DNA of 33,524 nt from an uncultured Erysipelotrichaceae bacterium (GTDB lineage Bacteria > Bacillota_I > Bacilli_A > Erysipelotrichales > Erysipelotrichaceae), in NCBI GenBank assembly GCA_964563265.1, contig CAZLWH010000003.1, positions 1,264 to 34,787 on the forward strand. The letters run 5' to 3'. Positions 25,627 to 33,449 of this stretch are shown piece after piece (within the stretch, counting starts at the first letter, position 1; each line of letters begins with the position of its first letter). A model generated the notes under the pieces. That model did not search any database and was not told where the DNA came from. It was given only the letters and a program-made list of their open reading frames with translations. A program made the translations under genes and the position numbers.

Positions 25627-26087
25627 TGGATGGCCTCCAACGTAATCAGGGTGTATCTCAGATTGATGCTTTTTCCGCTTTGATCGGTATAGGTGATTGA
25701 GATCCCATGATCTTCAAAGGTAAAGGTCAAATCGCTGAGTTCAAGAATTTTTTGACTTTCTGTGGGATTGATCTCAGGGGTCTCTGAGCTCTGCTCGACC
25801 AGATAACCTCTGAATTCATACACCATGGTATAGAAATCCTCTTGAACGAAACACAAGGCTGTGATCCCGTTGTCACTAATCAAAGTGATCTGATCTTGTC
25901 CGTCGTGTTCTTTGATGCAGTTATTGAAATACAGCAGGGCACTGTGCGTTAACAAGCTCTGTTCGCTTTCTTTCACCATCTTTGTGTAGAATTGGGCACC
26001 ATAAAGCACCACATAACCCGACCCGACGACATACAGGGTGATCATCGTTAAGATCACGAGATTTTGAAACGGTGATTTTTTCATCAT
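25623..26087 (-). CDS. Small membrane-anchored protein, possible ComGF-like (154 aa)
   Basis: MMKKSPFQNLVILTMITLYVVGSGYVVLYG anchor. ATGA overlaps occur on both sides. Confidence 0.55.
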   Translation of the reverse strand: MMKKSPFQNLVILTMITLYVVGSGYVVLYGAQFYTKMVKESEQSLLTHSALLYFNNCIKEHDGQDQITLISDNGITALCFVQEDFYTMVYEFRGYLVEQSSETPEINPTESQKILELSDLTFTFEDHGISITYTDQSGKSINLRYTLITLEAIQ

Positions 26088-26371
26088 GGATGCCTCGAAT
26101 ACACCGTCACATCCGGACGGATGTTGGCGCCGATCGTCTTATAGTAAACAAAGTAAGTCTCAGGATCGATTTGGACCCCGTAGTTGTCAATCAGATAATC
26201 CAGTTTGGCCGGATAAAAACCTTCCTGGGCATAGCACAGGTTTAAAGCCCGCTGGATGGCATTTTCAACTTGGATTCTTCGTTCTTCTTCCGTTTTGGTT
26301 TGGATCATCGTCGAGAAAAAGAAGAGACCCAAAACCAAGACAGGGATCAGTGCCCAGCGCAAGAGTTTCAT
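26084..26371 (-). CDS. Small membrane-anchored protein with pseudopilin-like head region (95 aa)
   Basis: MKLLRWALIPVLVLGLFFFS anchor followed by RIQVENAIQRALNLCYAQEGFYPAKLDYLIDNY. It starts 1 nt after the platform-protein stop. Confidence 0.55.
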   Translation of the reverse strand: MKLLRWALIPVLVLGLFFFSTMIQTKTEEERRIQVENAIQRALNLCYAQEGFYPAKLDYLIDNYGVQIDPETYFVYYKTIGANIRPDVTVYSRHP

Positions 26372-26372
26372 A

Positions 26373-27398
26373 TTATCCCAAAGAACTCATGATCCCGATC
26401 AGCGGGATGATCAAAGAAAACAACACCAAAGCCACAAAACCGCTCAAGGTCAAGATCAGGATCGGTTCGATCCGGTTCAATAAGGCCATCAGACTGTTTT
26501 CAGAATCTTCTCTGGTTTTCTTGGAGATGTGTTCCATAACTTCATCGGTCTTGCCGGTCTTATAGGCAATGGTCAGGGTATTTTGTAGTAAAGGCGGATA
26601 GATCTCGGTCGCCATCAACAAGTCATAGAGGCCTTGTGAGGAACTCAGGGTCTTGACTTTCTCATCGAGTTTGGTTTTAAGCAGACCGTTACTGACTTGA
26701 GCCAAGGCCAAGGTCATGGCTTCATTCTGGTTGATGCCGGCTCGCAGGACCAAGGTACTGATGAAGGTAAAACGGGCCAGATCCGCTTTGTATTTGCGGG
26801 AAGGAAACAGTCTGAGGACTTTATCGCTCAAATCGACAGGGACCCTGGAGAGTTTGCCTTTGAGCACGGTCACGATGACCCATACCATCATCAGGGCCAA
26901 CAAAGCAACGGCGATCAAGACGATGCCTTTGGAAGCCAAGAGTAAGATTTGGATCCATTCATCCAAGGATCCGCCCAAACTGGCATACACGTCCTGGAAG
27001 ACCGGGATGACGACATAGGTCAATACGGCCATGACCAAGACCAAGATCGTGATCAGCATCATCGGCATGACCAAGATCTCTTTCAAAAAGGATTTGGTTT
27101 CGGATTGGCGCTGATAGTAAGTGGCCAGATGGGTCGCTACCGCAGCTTCCTGTCCGATGGTTTCGGCAGCTTTGATGGCCATCAGGGCTTCTTTGGGGAA
27201 GTGCCCGTCTTTTTCCATGGCCAAGGAAAGTTTGCCGGTTTCGCGCAGGTTGTTTTTCAGGGAGTCCAGATCGATCCTGTCGGAGGTCTCCAGAAAGCGC
27301 AAGCCCTCACGAAGATCCATCCCCGATTCATAGATCAGGGCGATCTGGGTATTAAAGAGACTCAGCGTTTCATCATCATAGAACACATTCTTTTTCAT
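26373..27398 (-). CDS. Type II secretion system F family platform protein (GspF/PilC/ComGB-like)
   Basis: 341 aa from ATG 27398 (RBS AAGGAG). It has two repeats of the cytoplasmic helical T2SSF-like domain, each followed by TM helices. The tracked TTG 27413 start is rejected. Confidence 0.8.
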   Translation of the reverse strand: MKKNVFYDDETLSLFNTQIALIYESGMDLREGLRFLETSDRIDLDSLKNNLRETGKLSLAMEKDGHFPKEALMAIKAAETIGQEAAVATHLATYYQRQSETKSFLKEILVMPMMLITILVLVMAVLTYVVIPVFQDVYASLGGSLDEWIQILLLASKGIVLIAVALLALMMVWVIVTVLKGKLSRVPVDLSDKVLRLFPSRKYKADLARFTFISTLVLRAGINQNEAMTLALAQVSNGLLKTKLDEKVKTLSSSQGLYDLLMATEIYPPLLQNTLTIAYKTGKTDEVMEHISKKTREDSENSLMALLNRIEPILILTLSGFVALVLFSLIIPLIGIMSSLG

Positions 27399-27409
27399 AC
27401 GGTCTCCTT

Positions 27410-28324
27410 TCAATAGTAGAGTTTGGACTGATATTTGCCTAAGTAAGGTCCTTGGGCGTCAAAGGTCGGATCGAGGCGTTTCCAGGTTTCTTTTTTAAAA
27501 TAGATCGACGGATTGATCCAGCCGACCCCATCGATGTAGGCTTCGATCCAGGCATGATAACCAGGATCGGTATATCCGGTCACGACCCGGGTCGGGATAT
27601 GCTGGACCCGAAGCATGGCCGTCATCAGTGAGGCATAATCGAAACAGATGCCTTTCTTTTTCGTAAAGGCGTCATCAAGATCCGGAATCATGAAGGTTTT
27701 CAAGGCCTCATCGACCTTGTCATAATCATAGTCGATGTTGGTCACGATCCATTGATAGATCGAATGGACGCGGGCCAATTCGCTCTTATCGTTTTGGGTC
27801 AGTTCGAAGGATTTCAAAACGGCCAAGGTTTCTTTATCGTAATCCACGATCTGATTGGGATACAGATAAATGCTGAGCTCATCGGTCAATGTGGCCGTAA
27901 TCTCGACAGAAGCCGTTACACTGTAACTGTCGCCTGATTTTTGTTTTAAAGTTCGAATCGTATAGGTTCCTGAGCCGTTCATCAACGGGAGGATGGTAAA
28001 CTGTCCGTCAAAGACGGAATAGGTATATGTCGCTTCGCCTTGGATGACCTGGACTTTCTTGGTGATCCCGTCAGTTGGTCCTTTGACGCAGACATAACCG
28101 TCAGCGTTATGGGTATAGTCGATGATGATCCCGTTTTTTTCCAAGGTCTGAGTCTGCGGACACGAGGGCATAAGAATCTCATCGATCGTATACGACTTGC
28201 TTTCGGTGCTTTCGGAAGGGTATTTCTTGAAGGGATTATAGAATTGAAGCACAATAAAAGACCCGGCACCCAACACGATGACGATGATCAGGATGACGAT
28301 GATGGCCCTGATGCTTTTGTTCAT
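27410..28324 (-). CDS. Membrane-anchored transglutaminase-like (cysteine protease fold) protein
   Basis: N-terminal TM helix (AIIVILIIVIVLGAGSFIVL) and a ~200-aa middle domain. The C-terminal core GICFDYASLM...GYHAWIEAYI...RLDPT has Cys/His/Asp in transglutaminase-core order. Confidence 0.8.
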   Translation of the reverse strand: MNKSIRAIIVILIIVIVLGAGSFIVLQFYNPFKKYPSESTESKSYTIDEILMPSCPQTQTLEKNGIIIDYTHNADGYVCVKGPTDGITKKVQVIQGEATYTYSVFDGQFTILPLMNGSGTYTIRTLKQKSGDSYSVTASVEITATLTDELSIYLYPNQIVDYDKETLAVLKSFELTQNDKSELARVHSIYQWIVTNIDYDYDKVDEALKTFMIPDLDDAFTKKKGICFDYASLMTAMLRVQHIPTRVVTGYTDPGYHAWIEAYIDGVGWINPSIYFKKETWKRLDPTFDAQGPYLGKYQSKLYY

Positions 28325-28351
28325 TCAAAGGATCCCAGTCTTTCTGTCTGT

Positions 28352-28380
28352 ATTATAGCACAATGGTTCTTTTCTATCGA
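28352..28380 (-). promoter_or_regulatory. Putative promoter of the seven-gene operon
   Basis: On the minus strand, TGCTATAAT is the complement of 28352-28360. A weak -35 TCGATA (complement of 28375-28380) lies at 17-nt spacing, about 28 nt upstream of ATG 28324. Confidence 0.45.
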
Positions 28381-28435
28381 CGCCAACCCTTTCATGAAAT
28401 CGATGATAAATCCTTATTTTATAAGGACTTCAGCG

Positions 28436-29734
28436 ATGTCATTTGGTATAATAAGTCCTATGAAAGCCTTTACACAAAAAATCCTTAAATTCATTTCGAC
28501 CCATCATTATGTCCAAGCCTTACAGAAATCCATGGTTTCTGTGATCGGGGTCAGTTTTATCGCCGGAATCCTGATGATCATTCAGAATCCGCCGCTGACC
28601 CATCTGACCGATGTTTCTTTTACCCAAAACTGGGTCAGTTTCGCAAGTGCCAACGAAGGATTGCTCAAACTGGGGATCTTGTTGACCTTGGGTCTGATCG
28701 GTCTGTATACCTTGGTTGCTTTTATCATGACCCTGAGCCATCATTATCGGCTCAATCCGTTTCATCCTTTGCTTTCCGGATTGATCGCATATCTGGTCCT
28801 GTCGGTCGGCTATACCTTGGGTGATCAGGGACTCACTCTGAATCTGGATCATCTGGGCTATTCCGGGGTCTTTGTGGCGTTTGCCTTAGGCATCTTCGTC
28901 GTCGAATTCAATCGTTTCACGATGTATCTGCGCGGGAAGTTTAAGCCCAAAACAGAAATTCAGGAACGTTTGGCTCAACCAATCGAAGCGACCTTATCGA
29001 CCTTGTTGATCATTATTGCTGCTTTAGCCTTACGCTATGCCTTGCAGCTCAACGGTATTTTGCTGCCGGATCTTTTATTCAATGCGCTGACCCCGATGTT
29101 GTCCAGCAGTAATACCCTATGGTATGTCTTGTTGGTCATCGTCCTAAGCAAGCTGTTGTGGTTTGCCGGATTCAACGGAAACAGTCTGATCATGCTGAGC
29201 CTCTTGCCGATGATGGTCGTCTTCAATGCGGAAAACCTCTTTGCCTATCAAAATGACAAAGCCTTGCCGTATCTCTTTACGACAGGGTTCTTATTCTTTG
29301 AACTGGGGGTCTTGCCTTTGGCGATCGCCATTCTGTTGTTCTCCAAAAACAAAGCCCATCGGTCCAGTGCCAAACTGGGTCTTCTGCCTTCGCTCTTCAA
29401 TTTCCAGGAAACGATGATCGCCGGTTTACCGCTGACGTTCAGTGGTTTCTTCCTGATTCCCTTTATACTGAGTTCGATCATCTCTCTTTCAGGGGCGTAT
29501 CTGGCCATGACTTTCTATTGGGTCTCTAAACCGCTCTTTGTCTTATCACCGGCCTTACCAGGCTTTCTGGGCGCTTTTTTAAGCACCGTAGACTGGAGAG
29601 CGCCAGTGTTGTGGTTTGCCTTGCTGATCCTTTCTACACTGATCTATTGGCCATTCATCCGATCTCTCAATAAAAAAGAAACCATCACGGTAAAGCCTGC
29701 TGAAGAACCAGTTTCGGCAACTGTGGTAGAATAA
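28436..29734 (+). CDS. PTS EIIC component, lactose/cellobiose family (orphan)
   Basis: Polytopic protein with ...YVQALQKSMVSVIGVSFIAGILMIIQNPP..., typical of Cel/Lic EIIC. ATG 28436 has AAGGA 8 nt upstream. ATG 28460 is an alternative, possibly leaderless, start. The tracked start at 28040 is an antisense artefact. Confidence 0.85.
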   Translation: MSFGIISPMKAFTQKILKFISTHHYVQALQKSMVSVIGVSFIAGILMIIQNPPLTHLTDVSFTQNWVSFASANEGLLKLGILLTLGLIGLYTLVAFIMTLSHHYRLNPFHPLLSGLIAYLVLSVGYTLGDQGLTLNLDHLGYSGVFVAFALGIFVVEFNRFTMYLRGKFKPKTEIQERLAQPIEATLSTLLIIIAALALRYALQLNGILLPDLLFNALTPMLSSSNTLWYVLLVIVLSKLLWFAGFNGNSLIMLSLLPMMVVFNAENLFAYQNDKALPYLFTTGFLFFELGVLPLAIAILLFSKNKAHRSSAKLGLLPSLFNFQETMIAGLPLTFSGFFLIPFILSSIISLSGAYLAMTFYWVSKPLFVLSPALPGFLGAFLSTVDWRAPVLWFALLILSTLIYWPFIRSLNKKETITVKPAEEPVSATVVE

Positions 29735-29750
29735 ACGTAGAGGACACCTT

Positions 29751-30171
29751 ATGACAACATGGTTTTGGATCATCGATTGCTTTAGGCATCGAGATCGTTA
29801 CGGTCGGAACCCTGGTCTCAATCTGGTTTTCGATCGGAGCTGTAGCGGCCTATATCGCAGCCCAGTTTCAATTGACCTTTGAGATCCAGCTTTTCATTTT
29901 TCTGATCGTCAGCGTTCTGGCATTTTTGACGATCCGTCCGATCGCAAAGAAGTATCTTTCCTCCAAACAACAACCCACCAACGCCGACCGCTACATCGGT
30001 CAACGTGTGACCGTGACAGAAACGGTCACTGCCGAAACGTGGGGCGCCGTGACCATTCAAGGGGTCCGTTGGAGCATCCGTGAAGTGAACGGAAAGACCG
30101 TTGAACCCGGTGAAACCGTCGAAGTCATTGCCCTGGAAGGGGCCAAGTTATTGGTCAAGAAAGTCCAATAA
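29751..30171 (+). pseudogene. NfeD family membrane protein gene with an apparent frameshift after codon 8
   Basis: AGAGGA plus ATG 29751 encodes MTTWFWII and then nonsense ending at TGA 29880-29882. The +1 frame, open from 29755, reads IALGIEIVTVGTLVSIWFSIGAVAAYIAA... and continues into the tracked ORF 29872-30171 (the NfeD C-terminal beta-barrel part). Confidence 0.6.
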
Positions 30172-30183
30172 AGAAAGGAATTT

Positions 30184-31113
30184 ATGGATCCCATTACCCT
30201 CATTTTAACGATCTTCTTCATTCTGCTTATTGTTGTTGTCTTGGCTCTCACAATTAAGATCATTCCTCAGTCCCATGCCTACGTCATTGAACGTCTGGGG
30301 GCGTATTCGCATACCTTACAAAAAGGCTTGCATATGATTTTGCCATTGGTCGATCGGGTCGCTTTGGATGTTCCGCTGAAAGAACAAGTCTATGATTTCC
30401 CGCCGCAACCCGTCATCACCAAAGATAACGTCACGATGATGATCGATACGATCGTCTTCTTCCAGATCCTGGATCCCAAATTGTTTGCGTATGGGGTTCA
30501 AAATCCAATCAAAGCCATCGAAGCGCTGTCTGCGACGACCTTAAGAAACATCATCGGGGATCTCGAATTGGATGATACCTTGACCTCCAGAGAAGTCATC
30601 AATTCCAAGATGCGCATCATTTTGGATGAAGCCACCGATCCTTGGGGCATCAAGGTCGGCCGTGTTGAAGTCAAAAACATCCTGCCTCCCAAAGACATCC
30701 AAGAAGCCATGGAAAAACAGATGCGTGCCGAACGTGAAAGACGCGCTGTCATCTTGACCGCTGAAGGGGAAAAACGTGCTGTGATCCTGACTGCGGAAGG
30801 GGAAAAAGAATCCGTTGTTTTGCGTTCTGAAGCCAAACAACAGGCTTTGATCGCAGAAGCTGAAGGTCAAGCCCAAGCCATGGAAAGAGTCTATCTGGCT
30901 CAGGCCAGAGGCATTGAAATGATCAAGAAAGCCAATCCTGGCCAAGCCTATCTCACCTTGAAAGGTTTTGAAGCCTTGGAGAAAGTCGCCAACGGTCAAG
31001 CCACCAAGATCATCATTCCTTCCGAACTTCAGAATCTGGCCTCTGTCATCGGTGCCGCTCAGGCCATCATGGATGACAGGCGACCCGCTGTGAAAGAAAA
31101 AGAAGTCAGATAA
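30184..31113 (+). CDS. SPFH domain / band 7 (stomatin-prohibitin) family protein
   Basis: 309 aa with an N-terminal TM helix, an SPFH core (IPQSHAYVIERLG..., TKDNV...) and a coiled-coil AEGEK-rich tail. It forms the classic partnership with nfeD upstream. Confidence 0.9.
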   Translation: MDPITLILTIFFILLIVVVLALTIKIIPQSHAYVIERLGAYSHTLQKGLHMILPLVDRVALDVPLKEQVYDFPPQPVITKDNVTMMIDTIVFFQILDPKLFAYGVQNPIKAIEALSATTLRNIIGDLELDDTLTSREVINSKMRIILDEATDPWGIKVGRVEVKNILPPKDIQEAMEKQMRAERERRAVILTAEGEKRAVILTAEGEKESVVLRSEAKQQALIAEAEGQAQAMERVYLAQARGIEMIKKANPGQAYLTLKGFEALEKVANGQATKIIIPSELQNLASVIGAAQAIMDDRRPAVKEKEVR

Positions 31114-31120
31114 CACGCAT

Positions 31121-31162
31121 AAAGAACTAACCGATTTTTTTCACGAAGTTAGTTCTTTTTTT
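31121..31162 (+). terminator. Intrinsic terminator
   Basis: AAAGAACTAAC (31121-31131), a 16-nt loop, GTTAGTTCTTT (31148-31158), then TTTT. Confidence 0.7.
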
Positions 31163-31267
31163 GTGCAACGATGAAATTATGACCTGTTGAACCCCGTTTT
31201 TCTTCACCCTGAATCACAATAATTCGGGATTGGGTTTATAATAAACGTTGGTTATAAGGAGTAAACA

Positions 31268-32182
31268 ATGATCCTAGAAATAAAGAATATCAACAAAAGC
31301 TTTTCCGGAAAACAGGTCCTGCATGACATTTCATTCACGGTCACTTCCGGTAAAGCCATGGGGTTTTTAGGCCGTAACGGGGCAGGTAAAACCACCACCA
31401 TCCGTGCCTTGATGGATGTCTTTCAGCCTGATAGCGGTGAATTCCTGTTGGATGGGGTCAAGTTTGATCCCAGTACCAGCCGTGTCGGATATCTGCCTGA
31501 AGAACGCGGCCTTTACGGAAAAGAAAAGATCCTTTCCCAACTGATTTATTTTGCGACCTTAAGAGGCGCTACGCCTGCTTCAGCCAAAGCCAGTGCCGAA
31601 AGCCTGCTTGAGCGTTTCGGGTTAAGCAATGTTAAGAATCAGAAGCTGGAAACCTTATCCAAAGGCAACCAGCAGAAAGTCCAGATCGCCCAGGCTTTAC
31701 TGAATGATCCCGACATCATCATCCTGGATGAACCCTTCAGCGGATTGGATCCGGTCAACTCAATCGTTTTGGAAGACGTCATCAAAGAATCCATTGAGAA
31801 AGGCAAACTCGTTATTTTCTCAAGCCATCAGATGGGCTATGTGGAAGCCTTCTGTGATGAGATCACCCTGATCGATCAGGGCCGTTTCATCCTGAGCGGC
31901 AACCTCAAAGAAATCAAGACCAAGCTGGGCAATGCCCGTTTGAAAGTGACTTCGATCAATGAAGATCCTTCAGTGCTTCAAAAACAGCTCTCTGACACGA
32001 TCAGCGACATCACGGTCGAAGTCATCGATCATGCGTTGATCATTGAGTTATTGAATCAAAAAACAAAAAACAGTTTCATTATGGAGTGTTTACAGAAAGG
32101 CATCGATCTTGAAAGCTATGGTCCTTATGAGCCCAGCTTACAGGACATCTTCATCAAGATGGTAGGACAAGTCAATGCATAA
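31268..32182 (+). CDS. ABC transporter ATP-binding protein (ABC-2/NatA-YhaQ-like)
   Basis: Walker A GRNGAGKTT, signature LSKGNQQK, Walker B IIILDEP. A ~80-aa C-terminal extension is present. RBS AAGGAG lies upstream. Confidence 0.9.
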   Translation: MILEIKNINKSFSGKQVLHDISFTVTSGKAMGFLGRNGAGKTTTIRALMDVFQPDSGEFLLDGVKFDPSTSRVGYLPEERGLYGKEKILSQLIYFATLRGATPASAKASAESLLERFGLSNVKNQKLETLSKGNQQKVQIAQALLNDPDIIILDEPFSGLDPVNSIVLEDVIKESIEKGKLVIFSSHQMGYVEAFCDEITLIDQGRFILSGNLKEIKTKLGNARLKVTSINEDPSVLQKQLSDTISDITVEVIDHALIIELLNQKTKNSFIMECLQKGIDLESYGPYEPSLQDIFIKMVGQVNA

Positions 32183-33407
32183 TACCTTCAAAGTCTTCAA
32201 GTTTGAATTGGCCAGTATCTTTAACCGTAAATCGGTCAGAGTGGTCATGATCATCATGGCCCTGTCGTTTTTTGCGGCGACCTGTATCCCGACTGTGTTG
32301 ACCTTGTTTGAGGATAAGACTCCCGATAACGGTGAAACACCCATCGTCAACCTCGACAACTCCGCGTTTTATCTGCAGAGCGCCAACATCACCAAAGCGG
32401 ATCTAATCTATTTTGTCGGCAACAAGGTCTCCTTCTATGAGAATGAGACTGATCTGAAACAAGCTGTCCAAGACGGAAAGATCGACAGCGGTTTCGTGAT
32501 CACCTCTTCGACCAGTTTCAAAGTCATCGTAAAAAACAAAGAACTGTACAGCGCCTCCAGCAGTATGGTCGATTATATCCTGACGATCATTCAGACCGAC
32601 CGCAATCTGGCGTTGGCCGGCATCGATCCGATCAAAGTCAAAGAAGCCTCCAATTTCAAGATCGTTGCGGCAGAAGAGATCTTAGGCAAAGATGCCTCGC
32701 AAAGTTTCCTGATCAGCTATATTCTGTTGTTTGCGGTGTATATGCTGGTCATCATGTATGGCCAGATGGTATCGACCTCTGTGGCCCGTGAGAAAGACAA
32801 CCGCACGATGGAGATCCTGATCACCTCCACCAAACCGGATGCCTTGATCGTCGGTAAAGTATTGGCCAACGGGGTAGCCGGACTCTTACAGTTCTTCTTC
32901 ATCCTGGGGGTTGCCTTATTGGGCTATTTCCTGAATAAACCAAACTTTCCAGAGGTGGTCAATGAGATGCTGTTTGGATCCTTATCGTGGGATGCCATCG
33001 TTGTCTTTTTGATCTTTACCGCTTTGGGTTATCTGATGTATCTGTTTGTGTATGCTTCCTTGGGTTCTTTGGTGTCCAAACTTGAAGATGTCGGAAGCTC
33101 TGTCTCGATCATTACGATCCTGTTTATGGTGGCCTATCTGATGGGTTCCTTAGGCTTGAACATGCCCAACAGTCTGATGATCAAGATCGCGTCTTATTTC
33201 CCGTTTACGGCCATCCTCAGTATGCCGATCCGGTATTTCCTGACCGAAGTCTCGGTGATTGAATTGTCGATTTCCTTGGCGCTGATGGCGGTGACCACCT
33301 GGTTCTTGGCCATCTTCTCGATTCGGATCTATCGATTCGGATCCTTGTCTTACGGAAATAAGATGAGCCTGATCAAGGCGATCAAAGCCATCACGAGCCG
33401 CGCTTAA
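32175..33407 (+). CDS. ABC-2 type transporter permease (NatB/YhaP-like)
   Basis: 410 aa. One N-terminal helix is followed by a large external loop and then five or six helices. It has an 8-nt overlap with the ATPase gene. Confidence 0.8.
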   Translation: MHNTFKVFKFELASIFNRKSVRVVMIIMALSFFAATCIPTVLTLFEDKTPDNGETPIVNLDNSAFYLQSANITKADLIYFVGNKVSFYENETDLKQAVQDGKIDSGFVITSSTSFKVIVKNKELYSASSSMVDYILTIIQTDRNLALAGIDPIKVKEASNFKIVAAEEILGKDASQSFLISYILLFAVYMLVIMYGQMVSTSVAREKDNRTMEILITSTKPDALIVGKVLANGVAGLLQFFFILGVALLGYFLNKPNFPEVVNEMLFGSLSWDAIVVFLIFTALGYLMYLFVYASLGSLVSKLEDVGSSVSIITILFMVAYLMGSLGLNMPNSLMIKIASYFPFTAILSMPIRYFLTEVSVIELSISLALMAVTTWFLAIFSIRIYRFGSLSYGNKMSLIKAIKAITSRA

Positions 33408-33449
33408 GCGTGCTGAACACGTCATCTAATATTTCATGATGAGTCTGCC

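Noticed and set aside
28040-28435. The 5' extension of the tracked 564-aa ORF (28040-29734) into the transglutaminase gene region.
   Set aside because: The first ~130 codons are antisense to the transglutaminase-like CDS and cross its promoter region. EIIC homology begins only around 28436-28460.
30742-30807. Tandem 33-nt duplication in the SPFH gene encoding RAVILTAEGEK twice.
   Set aside because: The two copies differ at several synonymous positions. AEGE-containing heptad-like repeats are a normal feature of the coiled-coil tail of stomatin/QmcA-type proteins. It is not a recent slippage event or a variable repeat.
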